A stretch of DNA of 64,000 nt from Trypanosoma brucei (Eukaryota): contig CM000207.1 of assembly GCA_000002445.1 (NCBI GenBank), positions 2,848,001-2,912,000 on the forward strand, written 5' to 3'. Shown one piece after another: positions 62,425 through 64,000 of this stretch. How positions within the stretch are numbered: the stretch's first letter is position 1; every line of letters begins with the position of its first letter. The notes under the pieces are model-generated. The model saw only the letters and a program-made list of their open reading frames with translations. It had not been told where the DNA came from and searched no databases. A program made the position numbers and the translations under genes.

Positions 62425-62530
62425 TGCTTTATGAATGATAGTATAAATAATAATAATATGACTGTGATGTAAGTGTGTACATACGAATATCATAATAAGA
62501 GCAGTGGTAATAATTGAATGAAAGAACGAA
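62425..62530 (+). repeat. 70-bp repeat region, plus orientation
   Basis: gaatgatagtataaataataataatatgactgtgatgtaagtgtgtacatacgaatatcataataagagcagtggtaataattgaatg contains the GTGTGTA.ATACGAATAT.ATAATAAGAGCAGT core. Confidence 0.9.
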
Positions 62531-63448
62531 ATAGAAGCACGTAAAGCAATAGTAAGGTAAAATAGAAATAATTTAGTTAGTTGGGGAGAGTGACATACCA
62601 CAAAGAATATTATAAAAGGAAACACAGAGAGACAGACAGACATAGAGAGAAATAGAAAAGAGATTGAATAAGCGGAGTTGAAACGTATAGGTGACAACTA
62701 GCATCATTACGCTCCAAACGGTAATGGATGAGAAAATTAGAAAAACAGGGTCCAAAGTACTAATGAAATAGAGGAACTACGTTGCTTTCAGAAGAAATTT
62801 TCAGTAACTGGCAAAGTGGGGCCGCATCGAAAAAAGGCATATTATACTGCACAAAAAGGGAGTTTATGCATTAGAATGAGATTTTCTCCCGTATTTCAGT
62901 CATAAATGAAAAGATATGATAGTGGTGATGGTGAAAATACGGTCTTTAACATGATGAAAAATAATAATGTTAAACGGTAATTTCTATAGGTTGCTACTCA
63001 TAGAATGAACGTGCGTAGCTTTACTTTACCCGCGCTCAAGTTAGAAGTGCGGAGTAATTTTAACATATTGCGACTTGAATTGTATACAGCAGTCACAGGA
63101 GCAGAAAAACACACGCAACCCTGCTACTCAGTAAGCCAGTCATATTCGGGGATGCACAAACTACCGAGTCAGAAACGAAGCCAGACACCGGATTAAAGGC
63201 GTCCCAGCGAAAGCACAAAAAACAGCAAGGATATCCCCAACTTCTATCAAATGTTTCTGACGGTCGAAACTGGAACTAACGGCCACACACATTCACATAG
63301 ATTATCGGCCGTTAAAACGTGATACGGTACAAGCAGCCAGCCGGGATATTAAGGACGCAAGTCACAGACACTGCACAGCCGGCGCCCAGCTTCATAATTT
63401 CACCCTCGGTTAGTCTATCGCTTTCTTGAAAGGAACTCCAAGTCACAG

Positions 63449-64000
63449 ATGATTGGCATCGCTCACGCTCAAGCCGCAATAGTAGAAACTATCGTTTTGA
63501 TAGATACGTCAGTGGCTGCGGAACCCGCAGGCGACGAACCCACAGCGCTTACAGCAGTGACGAACATCTGTAATAAGATTGAGTTGCTAACGCAGATTTC
63601 GGACGAGCTAACGGAGCGCATAGAACGCTTCGAGCAGGCCGAACAGCAGCTGGTAACCGACTGCAAGCTTCTCAATTTAGCTGCCGCCAAACATTACGAT
63701 ACAACAAGCAAACGCACCTACACGGTCCTAGAAGCAACAGCGAAAACACGGCGAGGCACCGATTTCACGGGACTACTAAACGACTACGCACAGCAAGAAC
63801 CTCTAAAAGCTTCGGCCAGCCTACACCGAGCAACGGCAGAGCCAATTCTTAACAAGCAAAACGTTGCCGACCTAAACACGCTAAAAGATGATATTGACAC
63901 CACCATCGATGCAGTCTTCGGCAAAAGCCAGAGCGAATACACTGACAGGTTTTGGGGAAAGCTAAAAGAAGTAAACGTCGACAAGGAAGCAGCCGGGATA
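63449..64000 (+). CDS. VSG: VSG, 5' part (open frame runs off the window end; not in the ORF track)
   Basis: Translating from the ATG at 63449 gives MIGIAHAQAAIVETIVLIDTSVAAEPAGDEPTALTAVTNICNKIELLTQISDELTERIERFEQAEQQLVTDCKLLNLAAAKHYDTTSKRTYTVLEATAKT… with no stop to position 64000. It has a signal-peptide-like start, a coiled-coil VSG-like N-domain, and a 70-bp repeat about 0.9 kb upstream. Confidence 0.65.
   Translation, partial: MIGIAHAQAAIVETIVLIDTSVAAEPAGDEPTALTAVTNICNKIELLTQISDELTERIERFEQAEQQLVTDCKLLNLAAAKHYDTTSKRTYTVLEATAKTRRGTDFTGLLNDYAQQEPLKASASLHRATAEPILNKQNVADLNTLKDDIDTTIDAVFGKSQSEYTDRFWGKLKEVNVDKEAAGI

Noticed and set aside
1-64000. Interpretation as an active bloodstream VSG expression site
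   Set aside because: There are no ESAG-like gene series and no long (kb-scale) 70-bp repeat array. Nearly all VSGs are pseudogenes in tandem. This fits a silent subtelomeric array.

Overview
This window is not prokaryotic. It reads as a Trypanosoma brucei-group subtelomeric VSG (variant surface glycoprotein) array, i.e. a silent antigen-gene archive. From 1 to about 53.4 kb there are roughly 15 VSG cassettes on the minus strand with a period of about 3.5 kb. In increasing coordinates each cassette is: 70-bp repeat (1-3 degenerate units, TAA/TTA-triplet-rich), then the VSG 3'UTR with the conserved 16-mer (reverse complement GTGTTAAAATATATCA), then the VSG CDS ending in a hydrophobic GPI-signal tail, then 1-2 kb of T/G-rich upstream sequence, then the next 70-bp repeat. 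Only one VSG (13060..14523, minus) is visibly intact. The others carry frameshifts, in-frame TGA stops, truncations, or survive only as short N- or C-terminal relics. A 5.25 kb ingi non-LTR retrotransposon (about 53418..58672, minus) sits exactly where the array switches strand. It is flanked by two convergent, truncated VSG 3' ends, and every VSG and 70-bp repeat to its right is on the plus strand. Other notable items are a degenerate CCCTAA (telomere-type) hexamer tract about 200 bp downstream of the intact VSG, an orphan VSG 3' relic next to it, a non-VSG frameshifted ORF pair of unknown identity in one cassette's upstream region, and a VSG inactivated only by three in-frame TGA codons. I see no evidence of an operon-style or defence-type 'system' here. 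The novelty candidates are structural (telomere fossil, ingi-associated inversion, unknown ORF). The supplied ORF track uses GTG and similar codons as 'M' starts, so its N-termini are unreliable, and many plus-strand ORFs are antisense shadows of minus-strand VSGs. All homology statements come from my own reading and remembered family features; no searches were run.
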